Source: Atractiella rhizophila (Eukaryota). From it: a stretch of DNA of 41,489 nucleotides. The notes beneath the pieces are model-generated. The model saw only the letters and a program-made list of their open reading frames with translations. It had not been told where the DNA came from and did no database searches. Below, piece after piece: positions 23,767-35,871 of this stretch (the stretch's first letter is position 1; every line of letters starts with the position of its first letter). The stretch is from NCBI GenBank assembly GCA_021432655.1, contig MU271587.1, positions 1 through 41,489 of the forward strand, given 5' to 3'. Both the position numbers and the translations under genes were made by a program.

Positions 23767-24462
23767 TTACACGTCATGAACAAGCCGGATCGAACCTCCT
23801 CTCACGCGGCTTCGCCATTCTGCCCCTAGGCGCCATACGTAGTAGCCAGGAAAAGATGCCAATGTTACAAGTATTACCATTGCTGGGAAGACAAGACCCG
23901 TAGAGCTGAGCATTTGCAAAGAGATAAGTAAAGGAAAGAAGATCCATGCCATGCATCCGAAGAAGAGCGACTGGAGGAGCTGCAGTGGGATTTCCTTCAT
24001 CCCGATAATCGTAACGCGGGGAGGAACAGGATGCCCACATGTTGAACAGGTTGGAGGCGGCGGGGGCTGATGACAGGTCGGGCAGCTGTTGATTGGAGTG
24101 GCTATTCTTTCGTCAGGGCTACAATTCAGATCGGTTTAGTAATTGGGTAAACGATGAATGCCAAAATGTTACATTTCTTCAGCACTGGCGTCGCTCGTGC
24201 TAAAACTAGGCCGACGAGCCCACCGAACACTCAAATAGAAAGCGTTTACGGAGGATCCCAGAATCACGAGAAGGAGGAAACTGCTGAGCACGTCCGTGTA
24301 GAGTTCCGCTGCAAAATAGATGGCGGTGGCGCCAGCAGCAGCGACGGGGGAGATGATCGCGGTGAGGGTAGCCGTCTCTCTGATTTGCTTCCGCTTCAGA
24401 TGTTTGAATGCCTCCTCCGCTGTTGGGTGCAGATGGTCAGAGATAGTAGAATCTGGTGTCAT
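23767..24462 (-). CDS. Hypothetical 4-TM membrane protein with a CxxC...CxxC loop, about 213 aa
   Basis: A 54-nt GT-AG intron (24119-24172) joins ORF 24169-24498 in frame to ORF 23767-24000 through SCPTCHQPPPPPTCSTCGHP. Confidence 0.7.
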
Positions 24463-25216
24463 TGTTTTCAGCTTCGCTTGAGTGACAATCGAGGTCAATG
24501 GATGCTTTTATGTTGACTGATTGAATATCCCTGCGAATTTCCGCGTCCCTCCTCTGCTTGTATCCGGGCACTGCTTATTGACTTCAAGTGGTCACGAATC
24601 CCCGCCTTTCGCCCTTCGCTTGTCGTCAACTTCTTTAGACCCAGTCAGACAACATGAACATTGTGAACCAGTCGAATCTACCATCACCCCCATTCGCCCG
24701 CCAAGAGACGCACGCATTCCGGCGACTGCTACCATGCTTGCTTCAACAATCGTGTGTACTTAGATTTGTTCAAGCCAAGTTATTTCGTCTTTCGAGTTGT
24801 GAGTTGTCTCGCCCAAATGCTCCTCCTGGTGTACTATATTGTAGCGATCGTGCAATCTCTCTGGCATTAATAACGCCACAATAGTTTGGGTTTAAGACGG
24901 TAGCAGCCTGAGCCTAGGTTTTAACCTCGTGCAACCATTGCTTGTACATGAGTGTGAGCGCTTTCACAACTCAGTATCCTTCATAACTTGATATATGCAT
25001 AGTTTTGGAAGTCGCACTCCATTAATGGCGCTCGTTTCTAGCAAAGGATAATTATCCAGTACCCCGAACAACGTTTGCCATCACCTTAAGGTGAAATCAT
25101 GCTGCAACCAAGAGAAGTTGATAAATGTCGCTGGATAGAGCATACAAACTTTGCATTAACTGACTTGTATCACGGACTCTATCATGTGCTACAATTAAAA
25201 AACACTTCTCAACTCT

Positions 25217-27596
25217 TCAACCAGCATACTTAGATCGTGCTCTGATTTCCGCTCCCTTCTTATAGAAAATCTAGACAAGCGCATTAGTGCAATGGAACGG
25301 AGCAAAAATGTGCTCACATAAAGAATTGGGATCATGAGTGCACTCAAGCCGGCCAACAGACTGCATCCACCACCGATCGTCAATCGTTTATACATTGCCC
25401 TGGCAAACAATGGGAATGCCGCTCCTGAAGAGGACCGGAAGAGATCGTTTCCAGCAAGTAGAGAAGCTGCATATTTTGGGAAACACATCGGAAGATAAAC
25501 GATGCAAGATTGGAAAATGAGGAAGGCGCCAGCTAGAAGTAATGAATGGGTTATTGCTTTGTGAAACAAGCCACGAGACACATACGAACGAACAGTCCTG
25601 CCGCAATAACCGGTCCAATCCAGTGAATATCGTCTCTTGAGAGCCAACCTTTCCTCTCATGAGCTAGGTCCACTAAGCGATGTAAAGAAAACTTACCGAA
25701 AAGTAAGAGAGAAACTGGCGGAAACAGAGAGCCAAACAGCCCAATCTCAAGCCGTTGCTCGGGGGTAAACATTCCTGTCCGCATCACGAGTGGCTCAATG
25801 TGATACTTTTGATAGCAGATATATCCTATGAAGGCCAATGCAGCCCCGATCGCAATGCTGAGAAAGGGTAAACCCGCCTCTCCAAGGTTGAAGCCGTGAA
25901 TTTCAGTAAACACCAGCGGGAATGCTTCGAACCACCTAGAATTCTTGTCAGAATCAAGTTCAACCAAGTGCGTGGAAGTCACTGACAAGTAGAAAATAGA
26001 GTAAAGGAGAGCGATGTAAATGTTAATGAAGAGAACGGCGGGTTCAAGTAAGAGGACGAAGGGTCTGACGAGGTTGTCGAACAAGATGTCGGTAGTGGAA
26101 AGCTTGGCCTGATCGATCTCGCTTTGGCTCCTCAACTTCTCGTTTCCAGTGATCTTCCTGAGCCTCTGCGCACGTTTAAGGAGGATGGTTGGTGCATACG
26201 TTTCGGGAAGGATGAACGAGAGCACGACAAGTCCGAAACCAGAGATCCACAGCAGCTGTGGCGTCCAAAAGTCAACCAAAGAGCATCACAATGACTGAAG
26301 CCATACTTCATACAGACTCCATTTCCAACCATTGGCTTGGACGGCGAAACCTTAGTACCATTTAGCACGAGCTCGCAAGTTGCGCAGAAACACCAACCGC
26401 TAACAATCGGACCCAGGACAGGACCAAGGATGGCTAATACGGTTGAATCATCAGTGTATATTTTCGCAAGAATTTGCGAGGATACGGACCTCCGCAACTC
26501 CTAAACAACTATGTCAGTTACAGCCCCTAGATTGAAATAAGTACTGACCAAAGAGCAATCGCATAAGGAATCTTCATTGGAGCCCAGACTGTTTCCAACA
26601 TGGGCAAGTGCTGCATTGCAGAGAAAGCAGGAACTCACTGTCCGCAAGACTCGCGCCGCCGGTCGCCAGTGCAGGGCTACCAGCAAATCCAGTGAGAAAC
26701 CTCATGGCCATCAGGACAGAATATTTGTCCGCGGTGACAGCTGGAACTTGCAAAACAACGAAGAGGAAAAGGGTGATGATGTATACTGGGTTTCGCCCGA
26801 TAGCTGGAATTTCTGATAAAGGTGACAGAATCATAGGTCCTACAAACCATCGACTCAGCTTACAAAATCCAAGTGACCAATTATGCTTGAATCGACGTAC
26901 CGACTCCATATCCCAGCACAAAAAGAGATAGTCCCAAAGTTCCTTTGGTGGTCGACACGTGAAACGTTTCTGAGACCCCAGGAATCGAAGGAGCGCTTTG
27001 TCACAACGCTGTAAGCTAAAAAACCGCTGGAGCGGGAAGATAACTCACTAGATAGCGGAGCCAATGTAAACTGACAATTTTCAAAAAGTCAGTCAGCTGC
27101 GCGAACTGATGATATAAGGAACCGTACCAGAAAATGTTAGGAGCATGATAGCAGCCGTGGTTACTGTTTTCTTCGCAAAGCTCCAGTTCTGAGGGTTCTC
27201 AGGGTCGTTCTCGTCATACCAATCGACAAGATTAGGATCGATGGCTTTCTTTTCTCCCTCTGGCTCTTTCTCATCAAGCTTCCCCTTCTCGACGTCACTC
27301 CCATCAGCAGCAAGTGTAGCATTCGAGGCGGTCCTTTCCAACTTCCTTCCTTTTATATCCTCCTCTGATTGTTCTGCATGTCGATTCTTGACATCCTCTT
27401 CCTCGATCGGGGCAAGCGTTGCGTTCGACCCTCGCGAGAGAGGATCTGACGCTGGTTTCGGGAGGTAAATGGCAGGAACGACGAAATCAGGACGCTCTTC
27501 AGGGTGAGCAAAGAGTCGACCATTCGAAAGGTAATGCAGAGACACTCCGACAGCTGAGTCCCGAAGGACGGAAGCTAAAGCTTCAGAGTAGGACAT
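25217..27596 (-). CDS. MFS multidrug transporter, DHA1 family (Mdr1/Flr1/Caf5-like)
   Basis: [60 protein letters not shown] and [14 protein letters not shown]; many short introns. Confidence 0.93.
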
Positions 27597-27662
27597 TGCG
27601 CCACGAATAAAGAATAAAACGAGTTCGAGTTCGAGTTCGAAACAATTCAAAGAACGGGACCC

Positions 27663-27670
27663 TTTTATAT
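27663..27670 (-). promoter_or_regulatory. Putative TATA box of the MFS gene
   Basis: ATATAAAA on the minus strand, about 70 nt upstream of ATG 27596. Confidence 0.45.
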
Positions 27671-29332
27671 CCATGCCACTGGGCGAGGCCGTTTTTCAGC
27701 CATTAGGGAGAAAGGCGTAAGCGTCGGACACAACATCGGGCAGACTTGAAGGTGCATGTCTGACAATTCATTCACAAACGGCTCTAAAGTCGAATCACAG
27801 GGATGAATCATCCGAATTCGGTGTTTAGGGGAGGTGCGCGATCGCGTCAGGATACTGTCAGCACACCAACATGAACGAGAAACCTCGCTCTTTCCTGCCT
27901 ACAGGCGACATATGCATACGCCTATGCTTTCAGCTTAGGGTTCCAACGATGCCAGTGCAGACCAGCGTAGCTGCAGATAGGAAAAATTCGGCCTGCTGGA
28001 GAAGTGGAGGAAGTGGAGGGGAGGAAACCTCCACTCCGCCGCTGTCTCTCACCGTGATCGGGATTGGTAATCATTAAATCATTCTGTTGGCAGAGAAGTA
28101 TATGGTCGCGTAATGGATATGACTGGAGAAATAAAAGCTACGGCTGAATCTACGACGCGACCTGGCAAGCATAAAGAAACCGAATTCGACTATAGTCATT
28201 GATCTGTCACGTCCCGGCTTTAGAAGGGGTCCAACAACTTAGCTAGCCGAGATACAGTGAGACTGTAGCTGGTTCGGGATGGAAAGGAGAGGGCATTCCA
28301 AAGTCAACTTGACCGACAAAATCCGACGCAGGGGCCGTTCATATCAGATTAAACAATGAAAATCTTGCTAATAATAATAGGTCAGGAGAGTGGCGGCCTC
28401 CTGAAACCCGTTAGGATCCTTCATGGGAACGCGATTGTCTATGCTCGACGTGTAATTTCACTGATGAGTTTTAATCCCAGCAAACATGCTTCCCAACTAA
28501 CGATTGGGATGGCGCATATCCTCAAGTCCGATTCTGCTGATGGACTCTGAGATGCGGATAATAGCGGTCACGATTGCACCTGACAAAGCAATGACAAGCA
28601 TTCGCCAACTGATGGTGATAGTGACACAATACTCCCGTGGTTACAGGGTTTTGAAGGGGTCAGAGAGCAAAAAGAACAACTAAGGGCTCTTAGCGCGAAG
28701 ACAGCGAAGACAGCGAATTCTAGTACCGAAGGAGAACGAGTGTGACCGAGAAAGGAGAAACGAAGTGAACGGAGTTTGCGATAAAAGGACTCAGCGACCG
28801 CTTAGCACGTTGAGCGAAGTAGATTGACGGAAACCTTTAAAGCTTGACTGCCGAGCAGGCAGCATCGGCGATAACCCGTTTGTTACGCAACACAATAGAA
28901 CGGCGTCTGCAAAACAATCCTGTGTAAGTACTCGCAAGAGATTCTTCTCAGCCCGGTCTCAGAATTGCTCAGACCGCGAGACATTGGGCCTCCGTTCCTC
29001 CTTAGTAAGAGCAAGCTTGACAGGACAAGGATTTGAAAAGACAACAGAGTATCCAAAAGTGCTGTGTAGCACTCACCTCATCAGTACCCGGCCGACATCC
29101 TCTTTGCTGTGTACGTAATTCTGTAATGGATGGTTCGTCTGTTTAAGCTCCAGTTGGAGATGACTCAAACCGGCAATCACCCAGATTCAAAATTGCCGCA
29201 AACTAAACTACGGGTTCACGGTGGCCAACGGAGACACGACTTCGCGTCATCGTAAATTCGTGCTCAATCCACGCATAAAACGAGATAAAGCCACTGTCAA
29301 GCAGCCCACCATCCCTCAAAGCAGCAACAGAC

Positions 29333-29969
29333 ATGTCTTATCCTCCTCCCAGCTACAACTCTAACCCTTACCCGCCACAGAACTACCCCCAAGACGGCTT
29401 CCAGAACGTCGGGGGTTTCGCTCCGCCAGGCCAACAACAACATCCAAGTCCAAGTCAATACCAACCCTATCCCCCTCACGGTGACGGGGAGAATCAAAGC
29501 TACTATGCCCAGCAGCAGTCTTCATATCAGTCCCAGCAACCTCCTTATCCTCCTCAAACTTCGCCCTATCCACCCCACGACCAGTCTGGTCAACAACCTC
29601 CTTATCCTCCTCAGGGACAGCATGGTGCAGGGGATGATCGTGGTTTAGGCAGCGCATTCGCTGCCGCCGGAGGCATTGGAGGCCTCGCGAAGCTCGGACA
29701 ACAATATTTAGGACAAGGATCTTCCCATGGAGGCTCGGGACATGGTGCTCCCCTAGGTGGCGTGTTGGGAGGCGTAGCAGGGTTGCAGGGAGCGAAACAT
29801 AAGAAGGACAAGAAGGATAAGAAGAAGGACAAGTACAAGGATGGGCATAAGGTCCGCACTTTCACTTGAAGTGCAGGCCAAATGGTGACCGTTGTACCCG
29901 CTACAGAAGGAGAAGAAACATAAGAAGCGCGGAGGCTCCAGCTCATCGTCCTCTTCTGATTCGGATTGA
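29333..29969 (+). CDS. Small low-complexity protein: P/Q/Y-rich N-terminus, glycine-zipper-like middle, K/H-rich and Ser tail
   Basis: QQPPYPPQ repeats, DRGLG...GGVLGGVAG; an intron after DGHK leads to KEKKHKKRGGSSSSSSSDSD*. Confidence 0.8.
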
Positions 29970-30444
29970 AGCAAGGAGGCTTGAAGGAGCTGTTAACCGG
30001 CCATCTGTCGCGCATCTGTCAATGAACTACGGTGATGTTTGGATTCTGAAGTTCAAGTCTTGTTGTTGTGGTGGGAAAAGTCTCACGTTGTACTATTGCT
30101 TCATAAATTGTTTGGAATGTTAAAGTAGCTTTGTATCAAGAACGTGGGGGTCATGACGACATCGTTGAGGATTCCACTCCGTGGCAAGCATTCCTCCGCG
30201 CATTTATTGAATGCACGGCCAATCAACTAGTCCTTTCACTGTCGTCTCCGGGACATAGCCAAAAGGTGTTTATATGCAAGTACGCGCTCGGTTGAGAGTT
30301 CAGCGTAAAGAAAAAGCCTCCTGACCTTCGAGAACAGGTGGAAGAGGGCACAGCCAAGTATATTACTTCAAATTCCAACGGACCATTTGTTGATCTAACG
30401 CTTTGCGAGCAATCAGCAGGGGAATATCAGGTTCAGTTTCCGGC

Positions 30445-32052
30445 ATGCCTGACGACGTTGCTGTCGTCCATTTCTACGAAACATTTCTTTTGCCAAAGCG
30501 GCCAATGTCTGTACTCTTCAGCTGGACGCCATGCTTCAAGAACCGCACGAATACCCGAAGAGTTTCTTTGCACTGGGTCTCATCCATGCCAACCTCAACT
30601 CCTACGGAGTGGAATCTGAATGGTTACAAAGTTCAGTCGGTCGACTCATACGATCCCGAACTTCATATTTTTTTTCTCCCAAATCTGCTAGAGGAGTTCG
30701 GGAAAGCGTGGACTGTTCAGGATTCTCTTGATTTTTTCATTTCCAACTCTTCCGAATACGATTTATGGAGCGAGGAGGTGTCGATAGCGCAAAGTCATCA
30801 TTTCGTCATTGATGAGGCACCAAAGGTCATCCTTTTAGAGTTTCCTTCCAAACTTTCAACAAAATGGCGGTATTCTCATGGGGTATTTCAACTTTCAACA
30901 CTTCCATTGCGATCGCCAATCCAAAATCTCCCACCAGAGACATTAGATTTGATCCTAGAATATGCCGTGCTTGCTCATTCTTCCTTTTTCGAATCCGCCG
31001 GGACAGTTTGTCGACTCTGGTATGAGCGTACGCAGACACTTGAACCGGAACCTGCTCATTCATGGCAAAAGATTGTCCAGCTTAAATCGTACCCCGAATT
31101 TCGAAGAATGTGGAACAGATTTGATTACAGCGCTGAAGATCGCGACTCAGATATCGACCTTTTAAAAGCCTTCCGAGTCGCAGAGGGATTCCAACCGTTA
31201 TTTACTGTGATCTGGCTGGAGTATCCGCCATCTTTTCAGCCATTCGAGCAAACATTTTTAGAAACTTCAACATCATTGACGAGCATCAAAACTTTGAAGC
31301 TTAGTAAGTGGCCACAACGCTTCATCCAGGCATTTATGCAACGCACGAGGTCTTGGGACACGCTAGAAGCAGTGTATTTGTCGAGCACTTTAGATTCTTT
31401 GAACCAGGACATAGACTTGTCAGAATTTCGATATGCAGTCTGTCCACGCAGACAGCGCAGCTTCGCTATTGTTGATCTCGAAAACATCTATTTTGCGCCA
31501 TTGTTTTGCACCATGATACCGCGAGATTTCATCAGCTTGGAGGGGTGTTTGTTATCCGACTTAGATTTCGATTACACGGCAACGGCTGATGAAGCTTCTG
31601 ATAATTCCCTCACTGGCATCCACATTTCATTAAATCCTTCCAAATGGTTCAAGGATATAGACTTGAACGTCATCCGATTCCCAAAACCATTCATGAGTTT
31701 CAAAGTTTATCCTCACCTCCAAGTTTTTAGAATCGACGGCGGCCATGAGAACAGCAACATCGTTCCATTTGACTTGTTCTCTATCCTCCAGAGCCACAAC
31801 TTCTTCCCACGGGTGCTGATCCTTTGTTGTTGCTCCATCAATTCTCAAGGAGCTTTGGACTATGTCACCGCGTCCTTATCTCGGCCTTTCGGCGACGAAG
31901 AGTTCAAATTACACATTGAACTCCTATTTGGACAATGGGAAGAGAAGATCTTCAGCATAATAAAGACGAGGGTGCAGGAAATCGACGGCACGTTCCTCTT
32001 AGGTCCTTCGGATGATGACAGGATCTTTGTGTTGAAGGAGTGTACTGACTGA
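30445..32052 (+). CDS. F-box-like protein with an N-terminal extension and LRR-like C-terminus
   Basis: Long uninterrupted ORF with an internal F-box SPIQNLPPETLDLILEY...VCRLW. First ATG is at 30445; the true start is uncertain. Confidence 0.7.
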   Translation: MPDDVAVVHFYETFLLPKRPMSVLFSWTPCFKNRTNTRRVSLHWVSSMPTSTPTEWNLNGYKVQSVDSYDPELHIFFLPNLLEEFGKAWTVQDSLDFFISNSSEYDLWSEEVSIAQSHHFVIDEAPKVILLEFPSKLSTKWRYSHGVFQLSTLPLRSPIQNLPPETLDLILEYAVLAHSSFFESAGTVCRLWYERTQTLEPEPAHSWQKIVQLKSYPEFRRMWNRFDYSAEDRDSDIDLLKAFRVAEGFQPLFTVIWLEYPPSFQPFEQTFLETSTSLTSIKTLKLSKWPQRFIQAFMQRTRSWDTLEAVYLSSTLDSLNQDIDLSEFRYAVCPRRQRSFAIVDLENIYFAPLFCTMIPRDFISLEGCLLSDLDFDYTATADEASDNSLTGIHISLNPSKWFKDIDLNVIRFPKPFMSFKVYPHLQVFRIDGGHENSNIVPFDLFSILQSHNFFPRVLILCCCSINSQGALDYVTASLSRPFGDEEFKLHIELLFGQWEEKIFSIIKTRVQEIDGTFLLGPSDDDRIFVLKECTD

Positions 32053-32310
32053 TTTCTCCATCCTCATCCTGGGCCAGCTCTCCAGTAGTTATTGATAGAC
32101 CCACATAGGATATTGAAGTATTGTTGAGATTATTCTAGACTTATCCAAGATAAAGTAAACTGAGTACGGAGGAAATGAATTATTCAGATGCCAAAGAGCT
32201 TTTATATGCACATTAGACTCTCGGTAAATTCTTCTGTTGGATTGGCAGATGGACGATGCGTGTCTGCTGGAAAACAGTTTGTAGTTGTACTTGCCTGACT
32301 GGTTCACGGC

Positions 32311-34507
32311 CTAAGAGGCATACTTTGATCGTGTTCTGATGCCCCTTTCTTGTAGAAAACTAGAATCCTGGTTGACAGTTGGCCAAGGAAACGAAATCAT
32401 TGGCTCACATAAAGAATTGGATTCCTGAGAGGGCTTAAGCGAGCAACAAATTGCAACCTCCACCAATAGTCAGGCGTTGATATTTTGCGCGATCGAAGAG
32501 CGGAAAGACAGCGCCGCTCGTCGACCTGAACAACGTGCTGCCAGCGAGGAGGGAAGCGGCATATTTCGGAAAGCACATCACTGGGAGTAGATAGGCGACC
32601 AAAGTTTGGAATATTAAGAATGCACTGCCTGACAGATGATTGTAGTTCAGTGATCGTGGATGTGTAGACTCGAAGATGTATGTGTAATACGGGTTAGAAG
32701 TATTGATAATGTGCAATGTTTACGTTGAAGTACTTATCTGATTCCATGTTCAATTTCCAATCTGTCTCAGTCATTTCTCCCTCGCACACAACCACCATCT
32801 GTCTTTACTCGTAGCGTCTTTTAATCGTTACGCATTGTTGTAGTGTGCGAGGTGAGTAGCCCTTTACTTTCTTACATCTTACTTATGCCAATGGGCACTC
32901 TTCAGGTTCCTTAACATTCCCCCTTTTGAGAGCCCCTGTTATCGTATAAGAGCACCCGGACTAGAAGGTAGGCTTAGGCCTTCTTAGTCCACATTCTTGT
33001 CGCTTATTTCTGTCACAGAGATATTGCTACTTGACTCTGTTCGCACCCGTTAGACGTGCGACTAGTTTGGGTGTTTTTAGGTATGCTTCCTTATGTCTTA
33101 TGGTATTCCTATTATCTTATGCAACTATGTGTTTTTAGCCTTATCAATTCACGGTCCGCTTGCCCCCTTATCGGCTCACCCCCGTTTGGATCCGTGCCAG
33201 GTCCAAGCTCGGGTTATAGTATGAGCAAACAGTTCTGCTGAAATGACAGGTCCGATCTAGCGAATATCAGCTCTCGAGAGCTAGCATTGAATGTGATCAG
33301 TACTCCCCCTCTGCCGGAAAGGGAAGGCGGCTACGAAAAAGTAATAGAGATACTGGAGAACATAGTGAGCCTAGAAGACCTACGAAGGTATCTGCAGCTC
33401 AGATGGCGATGCTCATGAAAGGCAAGCCCGCTTTCCCCAGATTAAAACCACGAAGCAGAGTAAGCGCAAACCCTTCGTACTACCTAATTTCTGCGTCGGA
33501 ATGGACGTCAATAAATTGATGCTAAGGTTTACAGGGAAAATATGGAGTACACCTTTGTAACGCAGGTGTTGATGAAGAGAACCGCGGGTTCTACCAAGAG
33601 GACAAAAGGTCGGATGAGGTTGTCGAACAAAGAAGGGAGTGGGAGATAGTTTCGCATGATCACTATCGCTTTAGCTCCTCAACTTCTCATTCCCATTAAC
33701 CTTCCTAAGCCTTGGTGCGGGCTAAGGAGAATAGTCGACGCATTGGAGAGAAGTGCACTATCGGCCAGGATTGCACCTCGTGTCAAGAAGTCAGGAGAGC
33801 CAGCGAACCCAGTAAGTTCTCATAAGCACGGAGTAGTTATCGGCAGTAACGCCAGGAACTTGAAGAACGCCTAAGAGGAAGATCGTGATGATGTAGATAG
33901 GATTCCCCCAACTGCAGGAACTTCGGACAAGGGAGAGAGGATTATCTGGCCTAAACTCCCTCTCGTCATTGACACATAGAACGCCACGGTGAGCCAGAGA
34001 CAGGAAGCACTCACTAGATCCCGCGATCGATGCACACATTTAAGATAATTAACATAATTCCTCCTGTTGCCATTGTCTTTTTGGCAAAGCTCCATTTCTG
34101 AGAGTTCCTTGGATCATTCTCATCATACCAATCGACAAGGTTGGAATCGATCGCTTTCTTCTCCCCATCTAATTTTTTTGTCTCAAGCAACCCGTCTCTA
34201 AGTATACTCGGTTCGGAAATATCGAATCTGAAGTGATCAGTGTCAATCCAACTACATTCTTACATTCTTGGTAAGTCCCACCTTACCTGACTGTTTCGCG
34301 ATCTGATCTTCAGCTAGAGCGAGTGTAAAATTCGAAGCTCCTGAGATCAAATCTGAGCTAGGTTTCGAGAGGTATATGAGAGGGACTACGAAACTAGGGA
34401 GCTCTTGGATTGAGGGAGGAGACGACCGTCAGGTAGTGCAGCGACGTTCCCTTTGAAGTAGACGTGAAAGCTTTCGGCACCACGTTTGCGGCAGAAATGT
34501 GTGCCAT
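32311..34507 (-). pseudogene. Decayed DHA1 MFS transporter, paralog of 25217-27596
   Basis: Fragments [66 protein letters not shown] and RSKYAS*. Contains frameshifts, stops, deletions and an inserted LTR. Confidence 0.88.
32683..33218. mobile_element. Solo LTR, 536 bp, with a 5-bp target-site duplication
   Basis: GTATG|TGTAATAC...GGGTTATA|GTATG, with TSD copies at 32678-32682 and 33219-33223. Terminal CA reads TA. Removing the insert restores colinearity with the intact MFS paralog. Confidence 0.8.
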
Positions 34508-34575
34508 CACTTTCTCCTAAAAAGATGAAGGAGAAATCCTTTCCTTTACATTTCATCCAACCGCCAAAGGTCTAT

Positions 34576-35871
34576 TATGCTTTCAGGGCTTGTTGTTGGT
34601 GATCGTAGTGAGCTGACTACGAACTCAGACTAAGTCACGCCTGGAAAACGCCTGCATATTGACGACGATCTCCTCCGCTTGTAGATTCCTGCACCAGCCT
34701 CATCATGGATGGTGGTCCACCCGCAGAAGAGGACTTTGACAAACTCACCATCGAGGACCGTATAAAACACAAGGTGTGTCTTCGCACCTCCTCCAGGTTG
34801 GTGCTGATTGCGTCGAGTAGAACTGGAAAGCACGTCTATCCGGATATCATGCACTTTCCTCTTTATTCTATGCAACGACACTCCTACGACGGACTCTCGG
34901 AAAAGACGCGAAAGCTTGCGAGTACGACTTTTGCGACAGAAATTTATGATATCGCTCCTCTAACCAGCTCCGATTGACACGAACCAGCTGATTCATCCCG
35001 AGTTAGATTAATATTACACAATCCCTTCATTTTGCTGCAGCAAGAATTACCTATGCATTAACATCTGAAAACTTATAAGCAAAGGTAACTATGAGCACGC
35101 TTGCGTCCACTTATAGCTATGCGCGGCGGCGAGTACCGTGCTGTTAGAACAGAAAAACCATATCCGACGATGCTAAATTATGGGCCGACACAATTCTTCC
35201 GCTAACACCTGCAGCCATGAATGCAGGTCAAACGACGTAGAGGCATGCCCTGTGACTAAGAATAAGCGGCGCCAGTACAACTCGATGTACAATGTAGGAA
35301 TCTCACAGCATGCCCAAAACTGATCTGACAGATCATTTTGGACTTGAAATTGTTATGCAGATATCCTTCCATCAACTTCGACTGAAGCTGGCCATTGGGA
35401 TGCACATGAAGAGAGATGAACCGAGCGGATGATGGCTAGAATATATGCATGCGTAGATCGCATGCTTTCCTATCATAGAAACAAGGAAATAATGAACGTA
35501 TGAAACCTAATACTATAGCAACTTGTAAGAGGTTTTGGCGTTGAGCAGACGTGACGGGGACTTCCTCATCAAAAGCGGCTGTGAGGAAGGGAAGAGGCTG
35601 GTGATGAAGCATGGGCATAAAGCTCACCGCTGCTGTACGACGTAACATCATTCAAACTCCATCGACATCCATTCAGCTTGCCAGCTCCTTGCGAAACGCG
35701 ATGCATCGATGTCCCTTCATCCCCCTTCGGGTATGCCTTCTGGGCTTGTTGGTGATCGTAGTGAGCTGACTACGAACTCGGACTAAGTCACGCCTGGAAA
35801 ACGCCTGCATATTGACGACGATCTCCTCCGCTTGTAGATTCCTGCACCAGCCTCATCATGGATGGTGGTCC
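34576..35871 (+). repeat. About 140-bp direct repeat (34576-34718 and 35732-35871) of the STU2 promoter/5'UTR and first codons
   Basis: Near-identical sequence ending atggatggtggtcc in both copies; a few substitutions and a 3-nt indel. Confidence 0.95.
34705..34949 (+). other. STU2: Detached 5' exons of STU2/XMAP215 (start of TOG1)
   Basis: MDGGPPAEEDFDKLTIEDRIKHK|NWKARLSGYHALSSLF (intron 34774-34820) matches the XMAP215 N-terminal signature. Similarity is lost after ~34880; TGA at 34947. Confidence 0.85.

Noticed and set aside
27597..27674. N-terminal extension of the MFS ORF from ATG 27674
   Set aside because: Lies upstream of and across the TATA-like box; ATG 27596 fits DHA1 N-termini.
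32717..33231. TGTTT...AAACA as alternative LTR termini
   Set aside because: AAACAG aligns with MFS coding sequence and there is no TSD; 32683-33218 has a perfect 5-bp TSD.
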